A stretch of DNA of 64,000 nucleotides from a virus (lineage: Duplodnaviria; Caudoviricetes). Shown one piece after another: positions 55,546-64,000 of the stretch. How positions within the stretch are numbered: position 1 is the first letter of the stretch; each line of letters begins with the position of its first letter. The notes beneath the pieces are model-generated. The model was not told the DNA's origin and made no database searches. It saw nothing but the letters and a program-made list of their open reading frames with translations. The stretch is from IMG/VR virus record IMGVR_UViG_3300049235_000002, positions 2,934 to 66,933 of that record; one strand, 5' to 3'. A program made the position numbers and the translations under genes.

Positions 55546-55815
55546 TTAGAGAGCTTCTAAGATAATCTCATCCATCTTTACCAGATCGCGATAAAACGGT
55601 GTACCGTAGTTTCTGATCTCTCCGTTAATCCGGTAGACCGGTCGGAAGTAGCAAGTGCCTTTGGCGATTCGTGTTACGACAAATTCTTGTGCCGTGTCTC
55701 GAACCGGAAGTTCCCTGTACTGCGCGAAAGAGAACGCCGGACTCTTCCATGTTTTATGAAGGAAGCGAAAACCTTTAGCGATTGGTGTGCTAGTTGCCGT
55801 GTTCGTCTTTGTCAT
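55546..55815 (-). CDS. Hypothetical early protein
   Basis: ORF track. Confidence 0.5.
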   Translation of the reverse strand: MTKTNTATSTPIAKGFRFLHKTWKSPAFSFAQYRELPVRDTAQEFVVTRIAKGTCYFRPVYRINGEIRNYGTPFYRDLVKMDEIILEAL

Positions 55816-55826
55816 CGTGAGAGGGA

Positions 55827-56345
55827 CTATCCTTTCAGAACCTTTTCAATACTGCCGCCGTCGATCCCTTGTTTCCAATAGCCATAAGTACCGTCATCGC
55901 GGAACGTCTCGACGTACCAGCCATCAGTTTTGCCATAGTGATATGCGGTCTTGACGTTAAACTCGCGTCCGTTGATTAGAACCCTGTCACCGTTCTTAAG
56001 ATCGAAGTGCTTGACGAAGTTAAGTCCGGCTTTGCGTTTAGCCGCGCACTTGCCGCACTCGCCATATCCGTTCAGGAAGTTAAGTTTCCGGCAAACCTTA
56101 CAATCTTCCATGCCTTGCTCGCGTTGGCTTGCTGCGTCGAACTCGTTGACTGTGTCGAAAGCAGATTGCGCGTCTTCTAGAGCTTCGCGGACGTTCGCTT
56201 TGCCGATTTGTGAGTAAGGCGCACCGTACATTGCGCTCGCTAGTTGAAGCAGCTTTTCACTGCGCGACATCAGGCGATTAATTAAATCGTCGCGGCTGCT
56301 TGCGTCTACCATCGAAAGGATTTGCTTTGAGGTTTTTCGTTCCAT
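55827..56345 (-). CDS. First gene of the leftward early operon, unknown function
   Basis: SD GAGGAG; CKVC..CGKC; lies downstream of a strong promoter. Confidence 0.6.
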   Translation of the reverse strand: MERKTSKQILSMVDASSRDDLINRLMSRSEKLLQLASAMYGAPYSQIGKANVREALEDAQSAFDTVNEFDAASQREQGMEDCKVCRKLNFLNGYGECGKCAAKRKAGLNFVKHFDLKNGDRVLINGREFNVKTAYHYGKTDGWYVETFRDDGTYGYWKQGIDGGSIEKVLKG

Positions 56346-56384
56346 TTGTTTCGTCTCCTCTTTCGTGTCAATCGAACAATCCGC

Positions 56385-56456
56385 ACTATACTCTCGTTAA
56401 TTTACCCTGTCAAGCAAATAATTAGTGTTGACAAATTATTTTCCAGGTGCTAAATT
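56385..56456. promoter_or_regulatory. Back-to-back divergent sigma70 promoters
   Basis: Minus: TTGACA(56413-08)-17-TATAGT(56390-85). Plus: TTGACA(56428-33)-17-TAAATT(56451-56) with extended TG. Confidence 0.8.
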
Positions 56457-56465
56457 CCCTCCACG

Positions 56466-56669
56466 ATGAACGGATTGCTAACACTGACAGAAGCGGCTGA
56501 GATTAAAGGCGTCTCGCGCCAGGCCATTTACAAGGCCATCGAGAAAGGGAATCTCAAGGGCATCAAGGTGCGCGTGAGCGAGTATCGAGTACGCCGCACG
56601 GATCTTGATAAGTACCGACCAAATCCAAACATGAAACGAGCGGGCAGGCCACGAAGAGAGGCGAAATGA
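56466..56669 (+). CDS. Excisionase/Cro-like HTH protein
   Basis: LLTLTEAAEIKGVSRQAIYKAIEKGNLKG...YRVRRTDLDKY. Confidence 0.85.
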   Translation: MNGLLTLTEAAEIKGVSRQAIYKAIEKGNLKGIKVRVSEYRVRRTDLDKYRPNPNMKRAGRPRREAK

Positions 56670-56865
56670 GCACGGTCGAAATTAGAGTCACGCGTTACAT
56701 TGGCGCAGCGTTATCCGATACTGATATCGGTGGCTGGATGGTAAGTTACGTCAAGCGTCAATTTCAAACTAAGCACGCGCTACCCGCGCCATGGGCACAG
56801 AGCAGAACACGGCTCAATCACAGGAGCAGAAACGATGAGTGAGTGTATGGTATCCTGACTCCGCA

Positions 56866-57423
56866 ATGGAAGGATTCACCGGAAAACAACAAGCTTTCAT
56901 TAACGCTTACCTTTCAAACGGTTTCAACGCTACTGAGGCAGCGCGTGAGGCGGGATATGAGGGTAATGATAACGTACTAGGTGTGACAGGCCATGAAAAC
57001 CTAAGGAATCCTAAGATAGCATCTATCGTACAGGAACGGTTAAACGAAGCCGCAATGTCAGCCAATGAAGTGCTAGCAAGGCTGTCTAAGATCGCTCGTG
57101 GTGAAGTAACAGACTTCCTTGACGAAGATGGTAAGTTTGATTTGAAGACTGCGAGAAAGCTGCAAAGGGCAGGGCTGCTCAAGAAGATCAAAAGCAAGCG
57201 AACTTCGAAACAGGTTGACACGGTAACCGAAGGCGACGAAAAAGATTGTGAGACGCTGGAAACTTCCCTTGTGTATGAGGAGGTAGAGTTTGAGTTGTAC
57301 AGTGCCCACGAAGCTCTACGAGATCTCGGGAAATACCATAAACTCTTGAGTGATCGCCAGGAAATCAGCGGCGTCAACGGTGGCCCAATTCAAGTCAGCG
57401 TGGTGTATGAAACCCCAAAATGA
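56866..57423 (+). CDS. terS: Terminase small subunit
   Basis: FTGKQQAFINAYL..GFNATEAAREAGY...G.ENLRNPKI...ANEVLARLSKIAR...ALRDLGKYHKL. Confidence 0.92.
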   Translation: MEGFTGKQQAFINAYLSNGFNATEAAREAGYEGNDNVLGVTGHENLRNPKIASIVQERLNEAAMSANEVLARLSKIARGEVTDFLDEDGKFDLKTARKLQRAGLLKKIKSKRTSKQVDTVTEGDEKDCETLETSLVYEEVEFELYSAHEALRDLGKYHKLLSDRQEISGVNGGPIQVSVVYETPK

Positions 57424-58658
57424 TTGCTCGTTCTGTTACCGTCAAACTTCCTTTACCTCATCCTAAACAAGCCCAGTTCGTAGACAGTACCGCTAAACGT
57501 ATCGTGGTCCGTGCCGGGAGACGTGGTGGAAAGACCGTAGGTGTGGCTGTTCGTGCGGTAAAACGATTCCTTGCTGGTAGGCGACAACTCTACGCAGCTC
57601 CAACGGCAGAGCAGATCGGACGATTTTGGGTAACGGTATGTCGTGCGCTTCATGAGCCAATTGAGGCAGGAGTCTTTCGCAAGAATGAGAGCGAGCATAC
57701 GATTGAGCTGGTTGGCACGGAGCAGCGCATCAAGGCTAAAACAGCTTGGAACGCTGACACCTTACGCGGGGATTATGCTGACGACCTTTACCTTGACGAG
57801 TGGCAGTTGATGAACGAGGAAGCATGGGAAGTTGTGGGCGCTCCGATGCTGCTCGATAATAACGGGGATGCAGTATTCATCTACACGCCGCCAAGTCTCC
57901 GGTCACGCAGTGTTAGCAAGGCAAACGATCCGCAGCACGCAGCTAAACTCTACAAGAAGGCCGAAGTGAGATCTAAGCAGGGTGACAGATGGGCAACGTT
58001 TCACTTCACCTCGCACGACAACCCGCACATCAGCCAAGAGGCGCTAAGTGAAATTACTTCCGATATGACCGCGCTATCCTACCGCATGGAAATCAAAGCG
58101 GAGGATATTGATGAAGCGCCCGGAGCATTGTGGAAACGAGATTTAGTGGAGCAGTTACGGGTTGATGCGGGACCGGACTTAGATAGAATCGTGGTAGCCG
58201 TTGATCCTTCGGCATCATCAACTGGAGACGAGGCGGGTATTGTTACGGCTGGAAAGCTGATAAATGTCGGTTATGTTCTTGCTGATAACTCCGTACAGGG
58301 CTCGCCTAAAACGTGGGCTACGGCAGCAGTCAATGCTTATAGACGCCATAAAGCTGACTGTATTGTAGCTGAGGCTAATAACGGCGGGGAGATGGTCTCG
58401 CTAACAATTTCCACTGTAGATCCAAACATCCGTGTTAAATTAGTGCACGCCTCGCGGGGAAAGCAGACGCGAGCAGAGCCGATTGCCAGCGTATATGAAC
58501 ATGGCAGGGCACATCACGTTGGTTCATTCCCGCAGTTAGAGGATGAAATGTGTCTGTGGACGCCGGGAGATCCAAGTCCAAACAGAATGGATGCGTTAGT
58601 TTGGGCCATGACGGAGTTAGGTTTAGCGCAGGCCTCAAGGGAACTAGAGATGTTCTAA
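57420..58658 (+). CDS. terL: Terminase large subunit
   Basis: AGRRGGKT Walker A, LRG...LYLDE Walker B, VVAVDP, AEANNGG, DRMDA-type nuclease motif. Confidence 0.95.
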   Translation: MIARSVTVKLPLPHPKQAQFVDSTAKRIVVRAGRRGGKTVGVAVRAVKRFLAGRRQLYAAPTAEQIGRFWVTVCRALHEPIEAGVFRKNESEHTIELVGTEQRIKAKTAWNADTLRGDYADDLYLDEWQLMNEEAWEVVGAPMLLDNNGDAVFIYTPPSLRSRSVSKANDPQHAAKLYKKAEVRSKQGDRWATFHFTSHDNPHISQEALSEITSDMTALSYRMEIKAEDIDEAPGALWKRDLVEQLRVDAGPDLDRIVVAVDPSASSTGDEAGIVTAGKLINVGYVLADNSVQGSPKTWATAAVNAYRRHKADCIVAEANNGGEMVSLTISTVDPNIRVKLVHASRGKQTRAEPIASVYEHGRAHHVGSFPQLEDEMCLWTPGDPSPNRMDALVWAMTELGLAQASRELEMF

Positions 58659-58814
58659 ATGACTAACCTGTTTGAAGTAGCAGTATTGAATTGGGTTGAG
58701 CGGTCAAAGTCTGAATTACGTCGAAAGACCAAGCGATTCCGCAGTTCCACTATTCTCGAAGCAATCTTCTGGAAATCAGTCGCGGAAATGTACGGTAAAC
58801 GATTCTCGTTCTAG
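58659..58814 (+). CDS. 51-aa basic hypothetical protein
   Basis: Hand translation MTNLFEVAVLNWVERSKSELRRKTKRF...; exactly fills the terL-portal gap. Confidence 0.5.
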   Translation: MTNLFEVAVLNWVERSKSELRRKTKRFRSSTILEAIFWKSVAEMYGKRFSF

Positions 58815-58817
58815 CTT

Positions 58818-60287
58818 ATGGCCGAATTCCTACAGCGTATCCAGAATGCCATGCAAGTCCTGCGTGGAGCTAAAGCTGCTTCGCCCGCTCCCGACTTCGC
58901 CCAAGCTAACACGTACGACAACTTTCCCGATTACCGCTTCCGTTGGAATCGTTGGAATCCCCCTGTAACCGTTGATTACAAGCGCGAAATAGGCAATCTC
59001 GACGGCCACTCACTTGTCGCCTGCGTGTTCAACTACACCGGCACGCGGCTTCCCGAGGCTAAACCCGTCATCAAGCGCACGAATCAAGACGGCGATACCG
59101 AGACCGACCCTAACCATCCCCTCGCCCAACTGATCCGGCGTCCCAACAAGCACCACATCTGGGCCAACTACTCGCAAGCGGCCTCAATCGACTGGTGGAT
59201 CGACGGTGGGGTTAGGTTCAAGAAGGTTCGCGACGTAGGCGGGCAGCTAATCGAACTGTGGCACATCCCCCACTACCTAATCCGCCCGCGCTGGCCGGGG
59301 GATGGAGGCTCACCCAAGGTTTCACGTGAAACGTCTCTAGATCCCTTCCTTAGTCACTATCAGTTCGACGTGCCCGGTAAAGCGCCAGTGCTCTGGCCGG
59401 CGGCTGACGTACTGCACCTCAAACGCGGTCCTTTAGGCGAAGATCGGCGCACTCGACAACCCTTCGCGCCGCTTGTCGAGGAACTCTACGGCGACAATAA
59501 AATGGCGCGGTTTACGGCAGCGATTATGAACAACATGGGCATTCAAGTGCCCGTGATCTCGCCCAAGGACAAGGAGGTGCGGGTAGACGCGACGAAAGCC
59601 GCGGCGATGAAGGAAGGCTGGATGCGAAAGACGACAGGGGACCGGGCTGGTGAGCCAATCGTGCTGAGCGAGCCGATAGATTTTGAGAAGGTTGGATTTA
59701 GCCCGCAAGAGCTTGATTTATCGGCACTTAGGCTGATTCCCGAATCACGAGTAGCTGCCGTCACGGGTATCCCTGCTGCTACCCTGCAACTGATGGTCGG
59801 GCTACAGAATGGTACTAGCTACGCTTCGTCTGAGCAGGCAAGGCAGCAGGGTTACGAGGAAGTCGTAATCCCGATACAGCAAGTTTGGGCAGAGGAGATT
59901 AATTGGCAACTGAAGCCTGAGTTCAAAGGTCTTGAAGACGCAGAGTTTTGGTTTGATACGTCAAACGTTCGCGTACTGGAAGAAGACAAGGACGCCTTGG
60001 TTAAGCGCGAATCGGAAGTCTTTCGATCAGGCGCAAGCACGATTGACCAATTCTACACCGCAATCGGTAAGAAAACTCTCGGCGCACCTCTCGGAGACAT
60101 CCGCATGGTGCCGGGTATAGCGTCCCCTATGTCACCTGAGCGGTTGATTGAAATGGCAACCAAGCCGCCTGAGGAGACGCCGCTGACTGCGCCGGTGGAT
60201 CAGGAAGCATTGGCTAAGCTTATGGACCTAGAGCAAGTGCTGGCCTCAGTTGAGCGACAGATGAAGAATTTTTCACTGCCCCGTTGA
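58818..60287 (+). CDS. Portal protein (HK97-family)
   Basis: LAQLIRRPN, DVLHLK, FEKVGFSPQELDL..LR...ESRVAAVTGIP..L, VIPIQQ.WAEEINWQL. Confidence 0.92.
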   Translation: MAEFLQRIQNAMQVLRGAKAASPAPDFAQANTYDNFPDYRFRWNRWNPPVTVDYKREIGNLDGHSLVACVFNYTGTRLPEAKPVIKRTNQDGDTETDPNHPLAQLIRRPNKHHIWANYSQAASIDWWIDGGVRFKKVRDVGGQLIELWHIPHYLIRPRWPGDGGSPKVSRETSLDPFLSHYQFDVPGKAPVLWPAADVLHLKRGPLGEDRRTRQPFAPLVEELYGDNKMARFTAAIMNNMGIQVPVISPKDKEVRVDATKAAAMKEGWMRKTTGDRAGEPIVLSEPIDFEKVGFSPQELDLSALRLIPESRVAAVTGIPAATLQLMVGLQNGTSYASSEQARQQGYEEVVIPIQQVWAEEINWQLKPEFKGLEDAEFWFDTSNVRVLEEDKDALVKRESEVFRSGASTIDQFYTAIGKKTLGAPLGDIRMVPGIASPMSPERLIEMATKPPEETPLTAPVDQEALAKLMDLEQVLASVERQMKNFSLPR

Positions 60288-60661
60288 CGGGGATACCGTA
60301 TTCAGCGTACCGTGTACGGTATATGGAATACCTAACTAAGTCAATGCGTTTGGACTCGGAGGTAATAGCGTGGTTGGACGATCTCAGGAAAGCATGTGGG
60401 AGTTATAATAAGGGATTGAGGGTGTTGGCTTTTGCCGTATGGGCAGGCACTGACAAGATCCCGCCTCCGGTTTTAGATGGTCTGATAAATCAGGGTCAAG
60501 GCAATCAAGATCCAGAAGTGCCACTGTCGAGACAGATTGAAGTTCAACTCGCTCCTTTGACCAGTGACATTGAGCACCTTGACTACGGCAAGGCGATCAA
60601 AGATTACGGGCCGGATTGGCGGGCTAGTCGCAAGCCACTACTGAAACCAAAAGACAGATGA
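60284..60661 (+). CDS. Hypothetical protein
   Basis: ORF track; start uncertain. Confidence 0.45.
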   Translation: MTGIPYSAYRVRYMEYLTKSMRLDSEVIAWLDDLRKACGSYNKGLRVLAFAVWAGTDKIPPPVLDGLINQGQGNQDPEVPLSRQIEVQLAPLTSDIEHLDYGKAIKDYGPDWRASRKPLLKPKDR

Positions 60662-60765
60662 TGCGAGACTTTCTATTTTTCAAGGTAATTCCAGTACTGT
60701 TGACTATTGCGACGCTGTTGTTTCTACTGAGTCTTGTATCGCAGATATACGTAATGGTTCGATGA
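60658..60765 (+). CDS. 35-aa single-TM peptide
   Basis: MMRDFLFFKVIPVLLTIATLLFLLSLVSQIYVMVR; ATGA overlaps on both sides. Confidence 0.55.
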   Translation: MMRDFLFFKVIPVLLTIATLLFLLSLVSQIYVMVR

Positions 60766-61721
60766 CCCTGCAACGTAAAATCCTCGATCTTAGACTCCAA
60801 GCCGCGATGGCTGCACGTCACGCTTCTTTCTGGCAGAAGTGCATCATAGAACACGGTGAAGAAAAAGCTACAGCGTTCTATAAGCATTTAGGGCTGAATC
60901 ATCTTAGGGATCATAGTGGACCATTAACTACAGGCCGTAACCAACCGTCGCAAACAGTAACAATAGAACTCAACGCGGCGGTTAAGTCTTTCGAATGGGA
61001 GGGCTTGAAACTCTCACGCGAACCTAAAGAGCACGAGAAGATCGCAGTCAAGGGAATTCACGGCGCACAGGAGTCAGCCAAAGAATCTATCGGGACTGTG
61101 TTGCTACGACTGCGCGCAGATCTCATCACTGATGGATTGAGCCGAATTAAAAAGCTGAGACCTGCGCATTATCACGAACTAGTATTGCAAGCGCCGAGTG
61201 AGCTAAAGATCGATTTGAGTGATAGGCTCGTCAATGTCCACCATCAGGGCCGGATGCTGGTTGCTGCTGAATTGAGCACGAAGGCTGCGGTTACTGACGA
61301 TGGTGATTTTGACGAACTTAACGACTTAGTTGACCTCACTGCCAGCCGTGTCACGAACGACGTACAGTCTCGTCTTATCGACGCCGCCGCAAGGCACGCG
61401 CTGCTAGGCCAATCGGGAATCAACCTCATTACCACTGTTGCGAACGAACTTAGCACTGGCTCAGTGACCTACATCGACCGCGCCGCACGAGGGTTAGCGA
61501 ACAAGGTCATCAACATCGGGCGCAGTGATGAAGCAGAAGCGAGATCTGATGAATGGGAGCGAGTGGAGTACAGTGCTTTGTTAGACCAGAACGTTTGCGA
61601 GCCCTGCGCCGCAGAAGACGGTCAAACTGCTAATAATGAAGACGATCTACAACCGGCACCGAATCCTGAATGCGCGGGTGGCGATTGGTGCAGGTGTTTT
61701 CACGTCTGGATTAATCAATGA
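60762..61721 (+). CDS. Minor head protein (Mu gpF / SPP1 gp7-like)
   Basis: NIGR...YSALLDQNVCEPC...DG...P.P.C.G...CRC C-terminus. Confidence 0.8.
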   Translation: MTLQRKILDLRLQAAMAARHASFWQKCIIEHGEEKATAFYKHLGLNHLRDHSGPLTTGRNQPSQTVTIELNAAVKSFEWEGLKLSREPKEHEKIAVKGIHGAQESAKESIGTVLLRLRADLITDGLSRIKKLRPAHYHELVLQAPSELKIDLSDRLVNVHHQGRMLVAAELSTKAAVTDDGDFDELNDLVDLTASRVTNDVQSRLIDAAARHALLGQSGINLITTVANELSTGSVTYIDRAARGLANKVINIGRSDEAEARSDEWERVEYSALLDQNVCEPCAAEDGQTANNEDDLQPAPNPECAGGDWCRCFHVWINQ

Positions 61722-62039
61722 TGTCTTTGACGAGAGTTTGCGGTGGTCGCATTGCTCGGTCTTTTTCGGACTGGTAATGAGAGTAGATTAGCTGATAGCG
61801 CCAGATGGTTCCGCCTCGACTGCGGCAGTAGAAAGCGTAGAGGCGATCAATCAACGTGGGACGCTGGTCCGCAATAAACCCCAAAGGCTCGGCGCTACTG
61901 CCAAACGATCCGATAGACCTTACCGCTGTGCGGATCGAGGTAAATATCACCAACCTTAGGCGCAAAGCTCATCCCACAATCCAATCGAGCAATCGTCTCA
62001 CCCAGCCCTTGCGTAGTTGGTAGTACAATTCAGCGTTGG

Positions 62040-62231
62040 TCATTTGCCTGTCTCCGTTTCCAGTGTTTCCAAATATGCTCTCACAGCACGCGCCGCATTA
62101 CGTAACGTTTCGTATCCGTCGATTTCCGGCAGCGAGTCTTCCCCGTTGAAGACGTAATCAATTTCCAGATTAATTTCGTCTGTAATAATCTCATCTACTC
62201 GCTTTAGCTGTTCATCTGTTAAGAGTCGCAT
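62040..62231 (-). CDS. 63-aa acidic protein (leaderless)
   Basis: ATG 62231 lies 7 nt from -10 TAGAAT; MRLLTDEQLKRVDEII... Confidence 0.55.
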   Translation of the reverse strand: MRLLTDEQLKRVDEIITDEINLEIDYVFNGEDSLPEIDGYETLRNAARAVRAYLETLETETGK

Positions 62232-62238
62232 TGTGCAG

Positions 62239-62274
62239 ATTCTATTTGACACTGTTTCATAAGTCAACTACTAT
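62239..62274. promoter_or_regulatory. Overlapping divergent sigma70 promoter pair
   Basis: Plus: TTGACA(62246-51)-17-TACTAT(62269-74). Minus: TTGACT(62267-62)-17-TAGAAT(62244-39). Confidence 0.8.
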
Positions 62275-62281
62275 ATCCGCC

Positions 62282-62476
62282 ATGAAACTCGGGAAGGTAA
62301 TCCGAAAGTACCGCGTGACCTCTGAGCTAAGTCTCCGTGATGTCGGCAAGGAGATCGGGATTGGCGCGGCGACGTTGATGCGACTGGAGCAAGGGCGAGA
62401 TCCTGATGGTACAACTTTAACAAAAGTGCTGATATGGCTGTTAAGGGCCGAACCAAACGGGAAGTCTAAGGCGTAA
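62282..62476 (+). CDS. XRE-family HTH regulator
   Basis: LGKVIRKYR...LSLRDVGKEIGIGAATLMRLEQG..PD..TL.KV..WL. Confidence 0.85.
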   Translation: MKLGKVIRKYRVTSELSLRDVGKEIGIGAATLMRLEQGRDPDGTTLTKVLIWLLRAEPNGKSKA

Positions 62477-62478
62477 CG

Positions 62479-63090
62479 ATGTGGTCCTTCTTCCAGCGCC
62501 GCGTTTGCCTGACAACTCTCGACAGCGAGTGGCAACTGGCGCAACGTGAATTCCAGCGTGTTAATCTGACCGTCGAGAAGTTCCAATCGCTTCCCGACAT
62601 CGGCCCGCATCAATCGTTCAATAAGTCAGAGCGAGAGATCCTGTGTCAGTTCTACCTCTCAGACGCACAAACACTGCTGCACCTCGAAGACGATTGCGTG
62701 TTTCGTGACCTGAGTCATCTGGAGCAAGCGTTAGGCGAGCTACCTGACGACTGGGATATTGTTTATCTAGGCGCGAATTTAGTTTGCCGGAACAATGGCG
62801 AGCCACGGCCAGAGCGCTACAGCGAGCATCTATGGCGCGTGAAAGCCGCCTGGACCACGCATGCAATCGGTTATAATCGCAAGTGTGTCTACGAGCTTTT
62901 AGCCAAACAGCCTGCGTTCTCTGAAATCATGTTTGATACGTGGCTGTCAACGAGACTGCCAGAGTTAAATGCGTATTGTGTCGCGCCGATGGTGGCGTGG
63001 CAGAGGCCGCGTGTGAGCAGCATCTGGCAACGTGGCTATGTTGATGACTACACGGAAATCTTTCAGGCAAGTGAGGCGAGGTTGAGATGA
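62479..63090 (+). CDS. GT25-like (GT-A) glycosyltransferase
   Basis: LHLEDDCVF...LPDDWDIVYLG...WTTHAIGY...D.W...PMVAWQ. Confidence 0.8.
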   Translation: MWSFFQRRVCLTTLDSEWQLAQREFQRVNLTVEKFQSLPDIGPHQSFNKSEREILCQFYLSDAQTLLHLEDDCVFRDLSHLEQALGELPDDWDIVYLGANLVCRNNGEPRPERYSEHLWRVKAAWTTHAIGYNRKCVYELLAKQPAFSEIMFDTWLSTRLPELNAYCVAPMVAWQRPRVSSIWQRGYVDDYTEIFQASEARLR

Positions 63091-63341
63091 GAAAGTGTCG
63101 AGATTGTAAGTTTTGGGGATGGGATGGCGACATGGACACCGATACGCGCGACTGCATTCTGTTCTCTGACAATCCAAACCTCATTAACGATCCGTTTCCG
63201 TTCACTAATGCACCCCATCCGTTGGGTGACGCACGGTTTGAGATCCGTAAGGCGTCTGCGTTTCCATTTGCGGGCGCAGACGGCGCAACGCTTAACACGG
63301 ATGCGGAATTTGGATGCGTTCAATGGGAGGCGCGAACTTGA
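63087..63341 (+). CDS. Small Cys-containing protein
   Basis: CRDCKFW...C...FGCVQWE; ATGA/TTGA coupling. Confidence 0.6.
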   Translation: MRKCRDCKFWGWDGDMDTDTRDCILFSDNPNLINDPFPFTNAPHPLGDARFEIRKASAFPFAGADGATLNTDAEFGCVQWEART

Positions 63342-64000
63342 TTCATCTTGTTACATTCTCAGATGAAAGCATGAGCCGTGCCGCGGATCTGTGCATCAAG
63401 AGCGCAGAGGCCCATGGTGTAGAGGCGGAATGGGGCGAGTGGACACCGCGGGCCGTTAGTTCACGAGATAGTGGAACGCTCAGACAGTTAATTGAATCTG
63501 GCGCACGTGGCTGCGGGTACTGGAGTTGGAAGCCCTTCATAATTACCGACGCCATGATGCTTGCCTACGAAAACGACGTGATCGTATACGCAGACGCCGG
63601 AGTCGAGTTCATCAACAGCGTCAACTACATCATTGACCGCATGGATCAGGACATCTTTTTATTCGGAAACAACTGGGAACACGCGCACTGGTGTAAGAGA
63701 GATATTGTTGACCAAGTGTGGCCGATGGCTCCAAGCATATTCAAACCACCACACACAGATCCGTGGGGCTGGTTCAGCAAGCAATGCCAAGCCTCAGTAA
63801 TCTTCTTTCGTGTCTCTGACTACTCAAAACAGTTTGTTGCTGAATGGTTGAAGTGGTGCCTGTTTGAGGGCGGAAGATTGATTGATGACTCACCAAGTAG
63901 AGCACCGAACCACGAACAATTCCAGGAAAACAGGCACGATCAAGCAATCTTAACGACGATGGCGTACAGGGAAGGGTTACGCCTTCACTACTGGCCTGCG
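63338..64000 (+). CDS. GT-A-type glycosyltransferase-like protein, 3'-truncated (not in ORF track)
   Basis: Hand translation from TTG: IHLVTFSD...RGCGYWSWKP...IVYADAG...W.K.CL....IDDSPS...F.ENRHDQAILT; open to the window end. Confidence 0.72.
   Translation, partial: MIHLVTFSDESMSRAADLCIKSAEAHGVEAEWGEWTPRAVSSRDSGTLRQLIESGARGCGYWSWKPFIITDAMMLAYENDVIVYADAGVEFINSVNYIIDRMDQDIFLFGNNWEHAHWCKRDIVDQVWPMAPSIFKPPHTDPWGWFSKQCQASVIFFRVSDYSKQFVAEWLKWCLFEGGRLIDDSPSRAPNHEQFQENRHDQAILTTMAYREGLRLHYWPA

Noticed and set aside
60700-60728. Possible sigma70 promoter TTGACT-17-TCTACT before the minor head gene
   Set aside because: It lies inside a coupled 35-aa TM ORF (60658-60765) and has a weak -10; coding explains the sequence.
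206-63555. Numerous antisense or nested ORFs in the track (e.g. 502-888, 3396-3815, 10173-10736, 15603-16031, 22612-23103, 27879-28400, 43864-44295, 56907-57377)
   Set aside because: They overlap well-supported genes in another frame or strand, lack SDs and motifs, and look like shadow ORFs.

Overview
The window is a dsDNA tailed-phage (siphovirus-like) genome; no host housekeeping genes were seen. It begins inside a GDP-L-fucose synthase gene and ends inside a glycosyltransferase gene. Both sit in the head region, so it is probably a near-complete, circularly permuted genome cut within one glycosylation cluster. Layout: glyco genes (1-1.4 kb); prohead protease, HK97-type major capsid protein and a GT4 glycosyltransferase carrying a capsid-accessory-like C-terminal extension (2.3-6.2 kb); head/neck fibre module, neck, tail and tailspike-like depolymerase (6.2-26.5 kb, +); small early genes (26.5-31 kb, -); a lysis/membrane cassette with a holin-like gene, a Tat lipoprotein and a membrane-anchored FixL-like PAS protein (31-35.3 kb, +); replication/recombination genes (DNA MTase, HNH, SNF2-like helicase, beta clamp, RusA, ERCC4, Cas4-like nuclease, AAA ATPase, D5-type helicase; 35.5-51 kb); more early genes; terminase, portal and minor head protein (56.9-61.7 kb); then an XRE regulator and more glycosyltransferases (62.3-64 kb). 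No integrase, DNA polymerase, endolysin, tRNA, CRISPR array or reverse transcriptase was recognised. The strongest candidates for an undescribed system are (i) a virion glycosylation/fucosylation module embedded in the head genes and (ii) a heme-type PAS sensor in the lysis cassette. Also notable: a conserved late-promoter/hairpin cassette, a probable +1 tail-chaperone frameshift and repeated leaderless regulator genes. All functional calls come from motif recognition by eye; no searches were run.
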